From assembly GCA_050951405.1 (NCBI GenBank), contig JBMNIZ010000008.1:5986-69985 (forward strand): 64,000 nucleotides of DNA. Direction: 5' to 3'. The notes beneath the pieces were generated by a model. The model searched no databases and was not told the DNA's origin. It was given only the letters and a program-made list of their open reading frames with translations. This document shows, one piece after another, positions 46,780 through 58,200 of the stretch (its first letter is position 1; every line of letters begins with the position of its first letter). The position numbers were made by a program, and so were the translations under genes. Origin of the DNA: Bacillota bacterium (GTDB lineage Bacteria > Bacillota > DULZ01).

Positions 46780-48489
46780 CAGACTGTAGACAAAGTCTTA
46801 TGAAATGCAAACCTTGGCCGATCCTTGGTTTGCATTTTCATTTATACATTCCATAATTGCCGTGCGCAAAAAATCTTTGGCAAAAGTGTAAAAAAGCCAG
46901 TAATTGCAGGCATTTTCAGCCCTTTTAACGAAATTATATTATGGGAAAAACCAATACCGCCGGGGTGATGAAAATGCTTGCGAAAAAAGACCGTGAAGCT
47001 GTTAACCAAATGGAAATTGTTTGCATAGACAGCCTGGTTCCGGAAAACCATCTGCTTAGAGCCGTCCAGGAGAGTATTGACTTTCAGCTTCATCTATGAT
47101 GAAGTGAAAGACCTGTATTCAGAAAACCATGGCCGTCCCAGTGTAGATCCGGTTGTTCTAATTAAGCTGTTGATCCTGCAGGCACTCTATGGCATCCGTT
47201 CCATGCGGCAGACCATAGAAGAGGTAAAGGTAAACGTCGCTTACCGCTGGTTTCTGGGATATGGCTTGCAGGAGCAGATCCCTCACTTCTCTACCTTTGG
47301 CAAGAATTACGTGAGACGGTTTCAGGAAAGCGACATTTTTGAAAAAATCTTTGCGCGTGTTCTCGAAGGAAGCCATCAACTGCGGGTTTCTCAACACCAG
47401 CGCCATTTTCATTGATGCCACTCATGTCAAAGCCAGCGCCAATAAGAAGAAGTACATCAAAAAGATGGTCAGGCATCGTGTACATAAATACAAGCGTGAT
47501 TTGCTTTATGAAATTAACGAGGATCGGAAAGCCCATGGCAAGGAACCGTTTGCTGATGATGAGGACGGAGGCAATGATTCCGGAGATGAAGGAGGCACCC
47601 CGGCTGACAGCGGCAAGGAACGAGAAGTCATAGAAAGTACAACAGATCCGGAAAGCGGCATGTTCTACAAGAGTGAAAAAGAGAAATGCTTTGCCTATAC
47701 TGTAACCGTTGCCTGTGATCAGAACAACTTTGTCCTGGGATTAAAAGCAGCTCCCGGCAATGTTCACGACAGCCAGGTTTTCTCCGATGTCTTCCAGCCA
47801 GTCATTGAGACAGCACCCCGAAATCGAGTCTGTAGTTCCAGGATTCCGGATACAAAACCCCGGCCATCTGCCGGGAGATAGTCGAAGCCGGCAAAGACCC
47901 CATCATGCCCTACAAGCGCCCCATGACAAAGAAAGGCTATTTCAGAAAACATGAATTTGTTTATGACGAATACTACGACTGCTACATTTGCCCCAATAAC
48001 CAGATCTTAAAGTACAGCACCACCAACCGCAACGGTTACCGCGAATACAAAAGTGATCCCAAGGTCTGCATCGGCTGTGAGCATAGAAAGAAGTGTACAC
48101 AGAGCAAAAACTTTACCAAAGTGGTTACCCGTCATGTATGGCAGTCCTATACAGAAATAGCCGAAGACCTCAGGCATACCGAACGGGGAAAAGAACTTTA
48201 TCGTAAGCGCGGCGAGACAATTGAGCGTGTCTTTGCCGATGCGAAAGAAAAACACGGGATGCGTTTCACGCAGCTCCGGGGCTTGAGAAAAGTACAACAC
48301 TATCTCACGCTTCTTTTTGCATGCATGAATCTGAAAAAGCTGGCCATGTGGAAGCGGAAACAACGGACATTACCGCCCACAACCTCCCCGCAGCAGGGAG
48401 GTACTCTCTAACATTTCAGCTATTTTATGTTTAAAAGTAAAATGGCCTCTAGGTTTTGCTTCCTAAAGGCCATTTTTGTCTACAGTCTG
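46780..48489 (+). mobile_element. IS1182-family insertion sequence (1710 bp) inserted in the fliC / SLH-gene bidirectional terminator
   Basis: 15-bp terminal inverted repeats CAGACTGTAGACAAA; flanked by 23-bp direct duplication; internal DDE transposase with IS1182-type N-terminus (LVPENHLLRAVQESIDFSFIYDEV) and C-terminus (ERVFADAKEKHGMRFTQLRGLRKV). Confidence 0.75.
46941..48411 (+). pseudogene. IS1182-family transposase, interrupted by at least four frameshifts
   Basis: Continuous homology in alternating frames (46941-, 47077-, 47339-, 47905-); breaks near 47085, 47400, 47830 and 47890. Confidence 0.7.
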
Positions 48490-48512
48490 AGAGCCGGGAA
48501 TTCCCCGGCTCT
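48490..48512. repeat. Right copy of 23-bp palindromic target-site duplication, followed by the T-run of the original terminator
   Basis: AGAGCCGGGAATTCCCCGGCTCT + TTTTTCTTTTC. Confidence 0.7.
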
Positions 48513-48709
48513 TTTTCTTTTCTCTTTTTTCTCCTTTCTCCCGTCATTGTATTTTTATTGTCATAATGCTCCTGGAAGCCTAAACTATGGCGATGGATGG
48601 AAGCTTCCAATCACCGGTTTTTTCACAAAAATCACAACACCGCTCACATCCCGCCTCATTTCCCTTCATGGAAATGATCCTGGATGGACGGAGAAAGATT
48701 CCTTTTTGC

Positions 48710-50230
48710 TTACCGGAAATGGAGGAGGCGGTCCCGGTACTCACTTTTCATCTCCCGCTGCATGTAGTTGATAAAGCGCTGGAGAAAAACGGCGGCCTCG
48801 GCCCGGGACATGGTTTCTCCCGGAAGAACCCGGCCGAAAGCGTCACCGCTGACCAGCCCCATTTCCGCAGCCACATAAATGGCGTCCCTGGCCCAGTAAG
48901 GGATCTCCTGATCATCCCGGAAAGGGGTGGGGCTGGGGTTAAAGGGAGCCAAGCCTTCAAAACCCAGGGCCCGGATCAGGGCGGTGATGGCCTGGGCCCT
49001 GGTCAAGACTCCACCGGGATCAAAACTGCCCGGCCTGGTCCCTTTGATCACACCCGCCTGGCTGACCGCCTTTATTTCCTGATAATAGGGATGATCCACC
49101 CTCACATCCACAAAAAGCGAAATCTCCTTCTCTTCCTCCCGGTTGAATCGGTCAAAGGGATTGAGCGCAGTTTGCCGGCTCTCTTTGGCTGTCTCCATGC
49201 CCGTCAGGCGGGCCAAAGCCCGGGCAAATTCGCCTCGAGTCATGGGCAAGCGGGGTCCAAAGTACTCCCCCCGGGCCGGAAAGGCTTCCAAACTGGCCAG
49301 CTCCAAGATGGGCCCTTCCGCCCAGTGCCCGGAAATATCCCTGAAGAGAGGTACCGGCAGCCTCCTCTGGCTGGGCAGGGTGGTCAAGCGGGTGCTCCCG
49401 CTGACCTGTTTCCTGCTCCGGCCCTTCTCTAGGAAACCTTCTGCATCAAAGCGGGGCAAATTGGCCTCATAGCGCAGAATGCCCTCTTCCTGGATGCTTT
49501 CCAAGTAGCCCCCGGCAAAACTGATGGGAGTGGGTTCATTGGGCTGGTACGATAGCTCCCGGGAACGGTTAACGGAAATGTGGAGCTGGAAAGTACCCGA
49601 CCACTCCTGGGGATATCTTTCCTTATCTTTGATCAGATCCCCGGTAAAGCGGATAATCCCATCCACCCTCTGGGTTTCGGTGCTCCCCCAGGCATGGTCA
49701 TAGCCCACCGTATCCCCCCAGGTCTCCACCACAACAGTGGCCTGATCCTTGCCCAAAACATAAGTCTTCCGCCCGGACCAGTTCCCGCTGAAATAGGCCA
49801 CCGCCGGCTGGTGATCAACCAGAGTGGATTTGGAAAACTGGTAATCCTTCAGGGTGTAGCGATCCTTCCCTACGGTCACGGTTTCGCTGATCCGGTCCAC
49901 CGAAGTCACATAGACAGTCTGCTTGTCCTCCATTTTCTTCTCTTCACTGCTGCTGAAGGAAACAGTACGATTTAATTTAATGGAACCGGTACTGTCGCTG
50001 AGCTTGTAACTCAAGTTGGTCTGATAGCCCCCTCCCCGGCCGGCCCGCTGGCTTTTCTGCACGGTACCGGTCAGGATCACCGGCTCTCCGGTGAGAAAAG
50101 TCAGCTCTCGGTATTCCCTTTCGTTGGAGATGCCTTCTTCCAGATGGAGCAGGTATTCTGTTCCCAAGGCAGGCCCGGCCCCAAGCCAGAACAGGAGCAA
50201 ACTGCAGAAAAAAATTACCGCTTTTCTCAT
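48710..50230 (-). CDS. Secreted cell-wall protein with three C-terminal S-layer-homology (SLH) domains
   Basis: 506 aa; signal peptide MRKAVIFFCSLLLFWLGAGPALG; SLH repeats FRDISGHWAEGPI..., FVDVRVDHPYYQEIKAVSQAGVIKG..., FRDDQEIPYWARDAIYVAAEMGLVSG... Confidence 0.75.
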   Translation of the reverse strand: MRKAVIFFCSLLLFWLGAGPALGTEYLLHLEEGISNEREYRELTFLTGEPVILTGTVQKSQRAGRGGGYQTNLSYKLSDSTGSIKLNRTVSFSSSEEKKMEDKQTVYVTSVDRISETVTVGKDRYTLKDYQFSKSTLVDHQPAVAYFSGNWSGRKTYVLGKDQATVVVETWGDTVGYDHAWGSTETQRVDGIIRFTGDLIKDKERYPQEWSGTFQLHISVNRSRELSYQPNEPTPISFAGGYLESIQEEGILRYEANLPRFDAEGFLEKGRSRKQVSGSTRLTTLPSQRRLPVPLFRDISGHWAEGPILELASLEAFPARGEYFGPRLPMTRGEFARALARLTGMETAKESRQTALNPFDRFNREEEKEISLFVDVRVDHPYYQEIKAVSQAGVIKGTRPGSFDPGGVLTRAQAITALIRALGFEGLAPFNPSPTPFRDDQEIPYWARDAIYVAAEMGLVSGDAFGRVLPGETMSRAEAAVFLQRFINYMQREMKSEYRDRLLHFR

Positions 50231-50281
50231 GGCGAAACCTCCAGAGAATTCATTCCCACCCCGAAATCCCGATCAAAACCA

Positions 50282-52795
50282 TTAATAAGCTATCTTGAAC
50301 ACCAAATAAGCTGTCGTCAGGTCGTGAACAAAGTAAACTGTATCCCCCGGCTGCAGCTCTTCCGCCCGGATGAAAGAATGATCGTCAAAGACCAGGGCTT
50401 TCTCCAAATCCAAGACCAAATCGTCCGGGTTGGGAGTCCAGCGTTGATAGCCCTCGCTCCAGTCTTGAATTCGCTCCAGCCTGACCGTAGCGGTAACAGG
50501 GTCCGCTTCTTTCACCCGGCCGATGCTGGTCTTCATTACCGCCGCAAGGTTCCGGTGGAGGGACAAGGCCAGGATGTTCCCTTCCTCATCGGTGATCGCC
50601 AGCACATACCGCCTTTTATATTCCTCGCTCCAGCGGCTTTCAGCCAGATCCTCAGGGGAGATGAAACGGGCTGTTCGCACCGCATCCAGAATAAGGCCGG
50701 CCCTGGTCAGGACAAGCTGCTGGGTCCGGCGGCTTCGCGCCACCCGTTCCCATTGATTGTTTTGCAGATAATCGGCAGAGCTGATTTCCAGGGATGATTT
50801 TTCCACCCGATCCAGGCGGCCCCGGTAGACTTGCCAAGCCTTGGGAAGAAAATTCCGGGAAAGCATGATGAGAACGGATTCCCCGCCGGAAATCCTCTCC
50901 CCTTCCAGAAAAAGGTGTTCTCCTTGGTTGAAGTCAGCCGGATCCACCAGCTTACCGTCTTTGACAGCGATAGTCCCGGCTCTGAAGGAAAATATTTCTT
51001 CCCGATCGGACAGGGTTAACTGCTGCAAGGGCCAGGAAATCCGGTCAATAAAACCGTTGTAGCTTTCAGCCGGCCCCTCCCCCACTTTGAGCTTCAGCCC
51101 CTGGGGACTGCCGTAAACGGAAGAGAGGGCCAGATAGACTTCCGCACCTAACCGGCTTTTCCGCAATTCCTCCAGGGTCAGCTCTTTTTCTCCCAGGTAT
51201 AATTCCGCTCCCGGCGCCAATTCGATCAATTCCAAGTCCCGGCGGGGATACCAAAGACCGTAAAAATATTCCTCGGGGCCGCTCAGGCTGAGCCTTGATC
51301 CTTCCGGATAAACCCCTTCCAGGCGGCCCCTGACCAGTAAGTCCACCGCCCCTAGGGAAGGAGATACTATAATTCTCGCCAGCTCTCCCCTATCCAGGTC
51401 CGCTATCTCCAATTTCACCCGGTCCCCGACGTTCAGATCATCCAATCCCCGGATCCGACCCTCTCTTACCACTTGGGTGCCGGCCGTCAGCCGGTAGACT
51501 TTTTCCTGGCCGTTTTCCAAAAGATATAAGCGGTCCCCGTCCAGGGACTTGACCCGGCCGGTCTTCACCCCGGAACGGGCTGCGGCATAACCGGGCAAGA
51601 GGGAACCCAGGGTCCCTTCCACCGCCACTACCGCATTATCCTGGACCTTGACCCGGATTTCCTGCCCCACAAGCAGATCTTCCAGCCCTGCCGGGCGCCC
51701 GTCGATGGTCACGGAAAGGCGGGCATTAAGGGGAAGGATTCTCTCCCGCCCGGAGGAGATTTCCTTAAAAAAGAGAGTTTTTTGATCGGCACTGATGCCG
51801 GACAGCAGTCCCTCCAGCCAACCGCTTGCGGCCGGGAAAACAGCGGCAAAAGCAACCGAACCGGTTGGATCGAGGAAAAGCTCCAGCCGGTCGCCGGTTT
51901 TCAAAGCAGAAGCCCGGCTCAAACCTCCGTTTTTCAGGACCGGAAAACCGGCTCCCTCCGGAAAGAGAACCCGGATATATTCCAGTCCGTCTAATTCCAC
52001 TTCCAACTCCGTCCAACTGCCGGCCTGCCAAAAACTGCGCTGTCCCAGCACTCGGCCGGAAAGAAAATCCCAGCCCCGCCTGGGCCCGGCCAGAGGAGAA
52101 ATTCGATCTAAAATAGCCGACATTTCTCCCCGGGTCAGATGGCCCCGCGGGTGAAAAGTACCGTCCCGGTAACCGCTCATGATCTTTTGCTGGAGGAGGG
52201 GCTCAATGGCCGTTATATAGCTGGGCTTAAAATCCTGCCAGTCGGAAAAAGAATAGACGGACCGGATCCGGTCTCCATAAACCGGCGGGATCTCCAGGGC
52301 CCGAGCAAGCCAGAAGGCCGCCTCCTGGCGCTGGGCGGGCTTGGTCCTGTTCTGATCAAAAGCCCCCTGTTCTTCCGGTAAAATGATCCCCCGATTTTTG
52401 GCCACTTGAATGTAGCCCAAGGACCAAAGTCCGGCGGCGCTAGCGGGCGGCTGCGGCAACCCTGCTCCTATCAACTCGCCGGCTCTCTGGGCTTCCGCCT
52501 CCAGGCCGGCAATCCGCAGGACCAGGGCCAGGGCCTCTTCTTTGGTCAAAAGGCCGTTGGGCTGGAATTTACCGCCCCCCACACCCTGAATCACTCCCTG
52601 GGCGGCCATCCGATAAATGGGAGCAGCGGCCCAGTGGCCTTTGATGTCCTGGAAATCCATCTGGCGGTAAAGCTGGGCGGCATAGGGAGCCTCCCGGTAA
52701 ACGGGAATCTCCGCCCCCCAGGCGCCGGAAAAGACCGGCAAAAGCAGCAGGAAGATGTTGATGATGAAGACAGTGAAGATGGCTTTTCTTTTCAT
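50282..52795 (-). CDS. Cell-wall protein with three N-terminal SLH domains and a large C-terminal beta-rich domain
   Basis: Signal peptide MKRKAIFTVFIINIFLLLLPVFSGAWGAE; SLH repeats FQDIKGHWAAAPIYRMAAQGVIQG..., ...WSLGYIQVAKNRGII..., FSDWQDFKPSYITAIEPLLQQKIMSGYRDGTFHP... Confidence 0.75.
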   Translation of the reverse strand: MKRKAIFTVFIINIFLLLLPVFSGAWGAEIPVYREAPYAAQLYRQMDFQDIKGHWAAAPIYRMAAQGVIQGVGGGKFQPNGLLTKEEALALVLRIAGLEAEAQRAGELIGAGLPQPPASAAGLWSLGYIQVAKNRGIILPEEQGAFDQNRTKPAQRQEAAFWLARALEIPPVYGDRIRSVYSFSDWQDFKPSYITAIEPLLQQKIMSGYRDGTFHPRGHLTRGEMSAILDRISPLAGPRRGWDFLSGRVLGQRSFWQAGSWTELEVELDGLEYIRVLFPEGAGFPVLKNGGLSRASALKTGDRLELFLDPTGSVAFAAVFPAASGWLEGLLSGISADQKTLFFKEISSGRERILPLNARLSVTIDGRPAGLEDLLVGQEIRVKVQDNAVVAVEGTLGSLLPGYAAARSGVKTGRVKSLDGDRLYLLENGQEKVYRLTAGTQVVREGRIRGLDDLNVGDRVKLEIADLDRGELARIIVSPSLGAVDLLVRGRLEGVYPEGSRLSLSGPEEYFYGLWYPRRDLELIELAPGAELYLGEKELTLEELRKSRLGAEVYLALSSVYGSPQGLKLKVGEGPAESYNGFIDRISWPLQQLTLSDREEIFSFRAGTIAVKDGKLVDPADFNQGEHLFLEGERISGGESVLIMLSRNFLPKAWQVYRGRLDRVEKSSLEISSADYLQNNQWERVARSRRTQQLVLTRAGLILDAVRTARFISPEDLAESRWSEEYKRRYVLAITDEEGNILALSLHRNLAAVMKTSIGRVKEADPVTATVRLERIQDWSEGYQRWTPNPDDLVLDLEKALVFDDHSFIRAEELQPGDTVYFVHDLTTAYLVFKIAY

Positions 52796-53007
52796 GGGCC
52801 TTTTCGCCTCCAATTTGCGGTTACCAAAACCCTATCGGGGAGCGATGCGGTCATCGCCCCTTGCGGGCAAGGACGGAACCCTGCCCCTACAAATTTTTAC
52901 GTAATTTGCGGGATCCATGTAGGGGCCGGCGCCCACGCCGGCTCGCTTTAGGACCCGAAAGGATGCCCCCAAATTCCCACGACTGTATTCCCACATCCGA
53001 CGAACGT

Positions 53008-55296
53008 TCATTGGGCTACCAACATCACCCAAATGGGGCGCATGGTTTTCAGGGTTAAACGGGGCAGGTACCGGTCCTTGACCGCAGCCGCCGCTTCCCA
53101 CCGGCCTGCGTCATCATTGTATAGATAAAGAACTGCCTTTTCTCCCGGGCCCATCAAAGACGGCGCATAATCCATGGACAGGGTGATTTCCTGGTAGAAC
53201 AGCCCCTGGGGCAGGATTTCCTTGTCTTCGAACAGCTGCCAGCCCACGCTGTAAACCGGGCTGATGATCCGGCTGCCCCGGGGCAGCTTTTTCAAAGCCC
53301 TTTCCGCCTCCGCCTGTCCCAGGTCCCGGATCAGGATTTCCCCATAGGCGGAGGAACTGCCGGTCAAGACCGGCAAGAGGCTGTAAGGAGGCACTTCCAA
53401 CACCAGCTTGCCGGTATCGATGGTGAAAGACCAGACCGCCTGCTGCAAAGCATCCCGGCTGATCCGCACCGTCTTCAACGGTATTTTTTGGTAAGCAGGA
53501 GGAGTGAAGTCCACCTGATAAGCGGCCAAGGCCAAGGCCCGGGCAGAGGAAATCACCGCCGTCAACCGTCCCGTCTCGGACTGGACCAGCATCTCTTCCG
53601 GCTCCAGCTGGGGAACTGCCTTTTCGCCCCTGTCCGTCCTGGCATTGTCTTCATAGCTGAAATCTGAAACTCCCAGCTCATTGACCGCCCTCACCTTGAA
53701 ATAATAACGAGTGTTGGGCTGAAGACCCGTGGCATAATAAACTGTCCGGATGGTCTGGTCCAGGAAACGATAAGGGCCGCTGCGGGAATCGCTGATATAA
53801 ATTTCATAGTAATTGGCGAACTCCACCGGGGGCCACTGAATCTTAATAGTCTCGTGGTCCGCCCGGTCCGTCTCCAGCCAGTCCGGTGCCTCCGGCGCCA
53901 TACGGGGGCGCAGATAGAGAAAACCCTGGGGCAGGGCGGCCCAACCCCCGTCGGGGTTTCTCACCCTTACTTCCTGCCAACCCGGTTCACCGGGAGGAGT
54001 AAGAAAAGTCAGGGTCTGGGCATCCTGGACCTGCACCTCCTGGGCCGGCCTGCCTCCCACGAAAACAAGAGCGCCTTCTTGCAATCTTTCGCCCCGCAGG
54101 GTGACTCTCGTCCTTCCCGTACTTTCACCCCGATCGGGATCCAGGCCGTAGATGACGGGAAGTTCTATAGCATAGTAAGTAAATCCTTTCGCCAAAGTGG
54201 CCGCTCCCTGATCCGGGTTGATGACGGTGACATCTTTGGGGCCTTCCTCTCCTGGAGGCGTCAGGGCTCTAATGGTTTGATAATTCTCCACCACCACTTC
54301 CCTGGCGGGCACTCCGCCAATGTAGACCAGGGCCCCCGGCCGGAAATCGTTCCCGCTGATGGTAATAGCCGTTTCCCCCACTGCAGGACCTTTGTTTGGT
54401 TCCACCCGAAAAATCTGCGGCTCGCTGTCAGGCTCTTCATAGGTAAAAGCGGCGGTCAATGTATGGGTTCCCCCGTCGTAATTGGTCACTGTGACATCTT
54501 TCGGTCCGGGGGAGTGGGGCGGGATTTTCGCCCGGATGGTGTTCCCATCGATGACTTCCACGGACAAGGCCGTAATCCCGCCAAAATAGACCTCCGCCTG
54601 GTCACGAAAATCTTCACCGATGATCGTGACGATGATATGACCGATCACAGGCCCCCGGGAAGGCGATAGTTCCTTGACTACCGGCCGGCTGTCAGGAAGC
54701 CGGTAACGAAAGCCCTGTTTCAGCAAGGCTTCGGCTCCATCCGGGTTGACCAGTCTCACATCAAAGTAGCCGGTCCTCTCCTGGGCCGGTACTTTGACCC
54801 AAACCCGCTCCTGGCTTTCCACCCGCAGGTCTTGAGCCGGTACTTCCACCTCACCGAAGAAAACCCTGGCCCCTTCCCGGAAATCTTCTCCCAAGAGATA
54901 AGCCTCCGTACCGGCCACCCCTTGGCTGGGGTTGATGGAGACGATTTTTGGATTGGAAGTAACGTAGGTAAAAGCGTTTTTCAGAGTAAAGCTGCCCAAA
55001 TGTTCTCCGGTATTCATCACGGTCACATCGGCGGGGCCTTCCCTCCCCGGCGGGGTGATCACCCTGAGCTCCTTGTAACTGAGGAGCTCCACCGCTGGAG
55101 CCGGGATCCCGTTGAAAAACACCTTGATTCCTTCCCGGAAATCCTTACCGTGGATCACTACCGGAGTCCCCCCGTCCACCGGCCCCCGATCCGGTTCCAG
55201 GGAGAAAACCACCGGTTCGCTTTGGGGGGCCAAATATTCCACTCCCTGGGGCAGATGGGCGTTTCCCCCCGTCATCGTTGACCACGATAAGGTCAA
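53008..55296 (-). CDS. C-terminal part of a giant IPT/TIG-repeat surface protein (IPT repeats, then a fibronectin type III domain and a C-terminal domain); out of frame with 55145..58858 at a poly-C tract
   Basis: Repeats of ~85 aa with PxxGPxxGGTxVTIxGxxF signature. FN3-like YYEIYISDSRSGPYRF...TRYYFKVRAVNELG. Its N-terminus (NAHLPQGVEYLAPQSEP) continues the repeat that the upstream ORF ends in. Confidence 0.7.
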   Translation of the reverse strand: MTLSWSTMTGGNAHLPQGVEYLAPQSEPVVFSLEPDRGPVDGGTPVVIHGKDFREGIKVFFNGIPAPAVELLSYKELRVITPPGREGPADVTVMNTGEHLGSFTLKNAFTYVTSNPKIVSINPSQGVAGTEAYLLGEDFREGARVFFGEVEVPAQDLRVESQERVWVKVPAQERTGYFDVRLVNPDGAEALLKQGFRYRLPDSRPVVKELSPSRGPVIGHIIVTIIGEDFRDQAEVYFGGITALSVEVIDGNTIRAKIPPHSPGPKDVTVTNYDGGTHTLTAAFTYEEPDSEPQIFRVEPNKGPAVGETAITISGNDFRPGALVYIGGVPAREVVVENYQTIRALTPPGEEGPKDVTVINPDQGAATLAKGFTYYAIELPVIYGLDPDRGESTGRTRVTLRGERLQEGALVFVGGRPAQEVQVQDAQTLTFLTPPGEPGWQEVRVRNPDGGWAALPQGFLYLRPRMAPEAPDWLETDRADHETIKIQWPPVEFANYYEIYISDSRSGPYRFLDQTIRTVYYATGLQPNTRYYFKVRAVNELGVSDFSYEDNARTDRGEKAVPQLEPEEMLVQSETGRLTAVISSARALALAAYQVDFTPPAYQKIPLKTVRISRDALQQAVWSFTIDTGKLVLEVPPYSLLPVLTGSSSAYGEILIRDLGQAEAERALKKLPRGSRIISPVYSVGWQLFEDKEILPQGLFYQEITLSMDYAPSLMGPGEKAVLYLYNDDAGRWEAAAAVKDRYLPRLTLKTMRPIWVMLVAQ

Positions 55297-58200
55297 CTTT
55301 GCCCGGTGGGTGGGGAGGAGTGACGGCGATGATTTTTCCTTCGCTCAGCAAATCCACTTGCGGGGAAGCCAGACCGTCAAAGTAAACTTTTACTCCTTCC
55401 CGGAAATCCGCACCCAAGATGGTCACCGGCTGTCCTCCCGCAGCGGGAACCTGAGTGGGATCCACTTGAAAAATCTGGGGCTTGCTGGCAGGATGTTTAT
55501 AATTAAAAGCTTTGGGTAAGATGGCCGTCCCCCCGTCGGGATTGATCACCCGCACATCGGCGGGACCCACCTCCCCAGGGGGAGTAGTGGCATAAATCTT
55601 GTCATGGTATACCTGCAAGTCAAAGGCCTCTTCATCGCCGATAAAGACCCGGGCTCCAGGCCAAAAGTCGCTGCCGGTAATCACCACCCGGGTTCCTCCC
55701 GCCTTGGGCCCTAATTCCGGGAAAATACCCGTAATCCTGGGCTTGGTCAAAGGATCTTTATACTCAAAAGCTTCCGGCGCCACCGCTGTTCCCGTATCCT
55801 CCAGGTTGCTGACCGTCACATCCACCCGTCCCGGAGGATGGGGAGGAGCAGTGACCCGGATCTCCTCCGGGCTGATGACTTTGACACTTTCCGCCCTTTC
55901 CCAGCCAAAGTGAACCACGGCATCGGGAGCAAAGCCCTCCCCCCGGATAAAGACCTCTGTACCTCCCTTGGTCTCCCCGCTGTCAGGAAAAACTCGATGA
56001 ATGACTACCTCCTGCCGGGGTTCTTGATATAAGAAGCCCTCCCAGGAGGCGCTGCCCCCGTCCACATTCTCCACCCGAACTGTTACTTCCCCGGCCGCTC
56101 CTGCCGGCAGCCGGGCCTTGATCAGGTTCTCATGGAAAACCTGGCAGTCGGCCGCACTGCTACCAAAGACGACGGAAGCTCCCGGGTAAAACTGGCTCCC
56201 GGTAATGGTGATGATGTTGCCCCCACCAGTGGAGCCTTTGGCGGGAGACAGCTTCTCGATGGTGGGATTGGAATAATAGAAAAAAGCGTTCTCCAAAGTG
56301 GCGCTCTTGCCGATGGGGCTGACCACCGTCACCGGCTGGTAACCCGGTAATCCCGGAGGGGATACAACCTTAATCCTGGTCTCATCTTCCACCACCACTT
56401 CAGCGGCGGGCACTTCCCCAATGAAAACCGCGGAACCGGCCACAAAATTCATTCCTAAAATAAGGAAGGCGGTGCCGCCGATCACCGGCCCCCGGGCCGG
56501 GTCTCCATTCTCCAGGATAACCCGGTCAATGATTGGGTCCACGCTGGGTATGAGATATTGAAAACCATTTCGGTAAATATATTCCCCATACCGGTTTGCC
56601 ACCACCACATTTTTCCAGCCTGGGGTGAATCTGGGGGTAACGGCGGTCAAGGCCGTGCCGAAGGAATCCGCTTCCAATTCCACTTCCGTGGCCTCATAGC
56701 GAATGATGTTTTCCGGATTGGAGGCATCTTCCAGGTAAATCCAGATCAGGGTATCCTCATCGAAGTTGGCACCGGTAATCCTAATCCTGGTTCCCCCGGC
56801 CACCGGACCGAATTCCGGAGTTACACTGGTAATGATCATGCTCGTTCCCCGGTAAACGAAACCGTTTTTCAAAATGGCCTGCCCCAAGTCCTGGTTGATG
56901 ACGATCACATCCACCGGACCGGCTACGGAAGCAGGAGGCGTGACCGCCCTGATGGAGCCGGTTTCCACGCTCTGGACCTGGGCCTGGTTGGCCGGATCAA
57001 TTTTACCCAAGTAGACCTTCAAGCCGCTGCGAAAATCGACCCCTTCGATTCTGATGATGCTGCCGCCGGCCAGGGGACCGGTATTGTCTCCCGTCTCTTC
57101 ATTGAAAACTCTATCCACCCGGGGCTGACTTTCGGGAATCCTGTAAATAAAGCCTCCCGGCAGGGTATATCTTTCCAGGGAAATCACTTCTCCCTGGCCA
57201 TCCAAGCGCCTGATTTCGATCATCACATCCTGGGCCGTTTCCAGCTCTCCCTCTTCCACATAACCTCCCGGGGTAACGGCGGTAATGGTGTTCGTGTCCA
57301 AAACTTCCACTTCCCCGGCCTCGTTGCCGCCGATGAAGAGCCCCACTTGTGCCTGCTGGGGAACTTCCTCCGGCAGGGGGAAATTAACTCCGAACACAGT
57401 GATGGGAGTCCCTCCCTCCACCGTCCCCCGATCGGGAGTGACGCTGGTAATGCGGACCATTTTTTCCGGGATTTTATAGGTGAAGCCGTCAGGCACGGTC
57501 ACTGTACCCCCGTCAGGGTTGGTGATGGTGACATCCTTGGGGCCGGCAGTATGTTCGGGGCTGATGACCACCATCTGAGTGGGGGCCACGAAAGGTTCTC
57601 CGTCCACGTCCTTTTTAATTTCGGCTGTCTTATTGCCGATTTTTACCACCGGCAGAGAACCGTCAACGGCTATCCGAAAATCTTCCCCCCGGATGGTCAC
57701 TTCCGTTCCCCCTTTCGTGCTGCCCACATTGGGAGTGATTTCATGAACCTGGGGCTGGCTCTTCCCGGTAGTAAAAGTAAAACCGCCCACTACCGTCACT
57801 CCTTGTTCAGGGTCAGCGGGATTTCGCACCGTGACATCGGCTGGACCTAAATTGCCTTCGATAATTTTTACCAGCAGAGTACCTTCGGCTATTTTGGTAG
57901 CATCAACAATTTCCACCGGAAACCCGCCGATGAGCACCTGGGGCTGATGGTATTGTTCAGGATCAAAAATCTTGTCAAAATTAGTGCCCTTGATGGTGAT
58001 CAGATCGCCCACCCAGCCATAGTTGGGAGTGATGCTGGAAATGCTGGGCATGATAATATAGCGAAAAGCACCGGGCAGGGTATCCTGGGCTCCATCGGGA
58101 TTGATGACGGTTACGTCTTTGATCTCCTCCACAGTGCCCGGAGGCACCACGGCCTTGATTTCCCTTTCATGGATGTAGGTGACGCCGCCGGCAAAATTGG

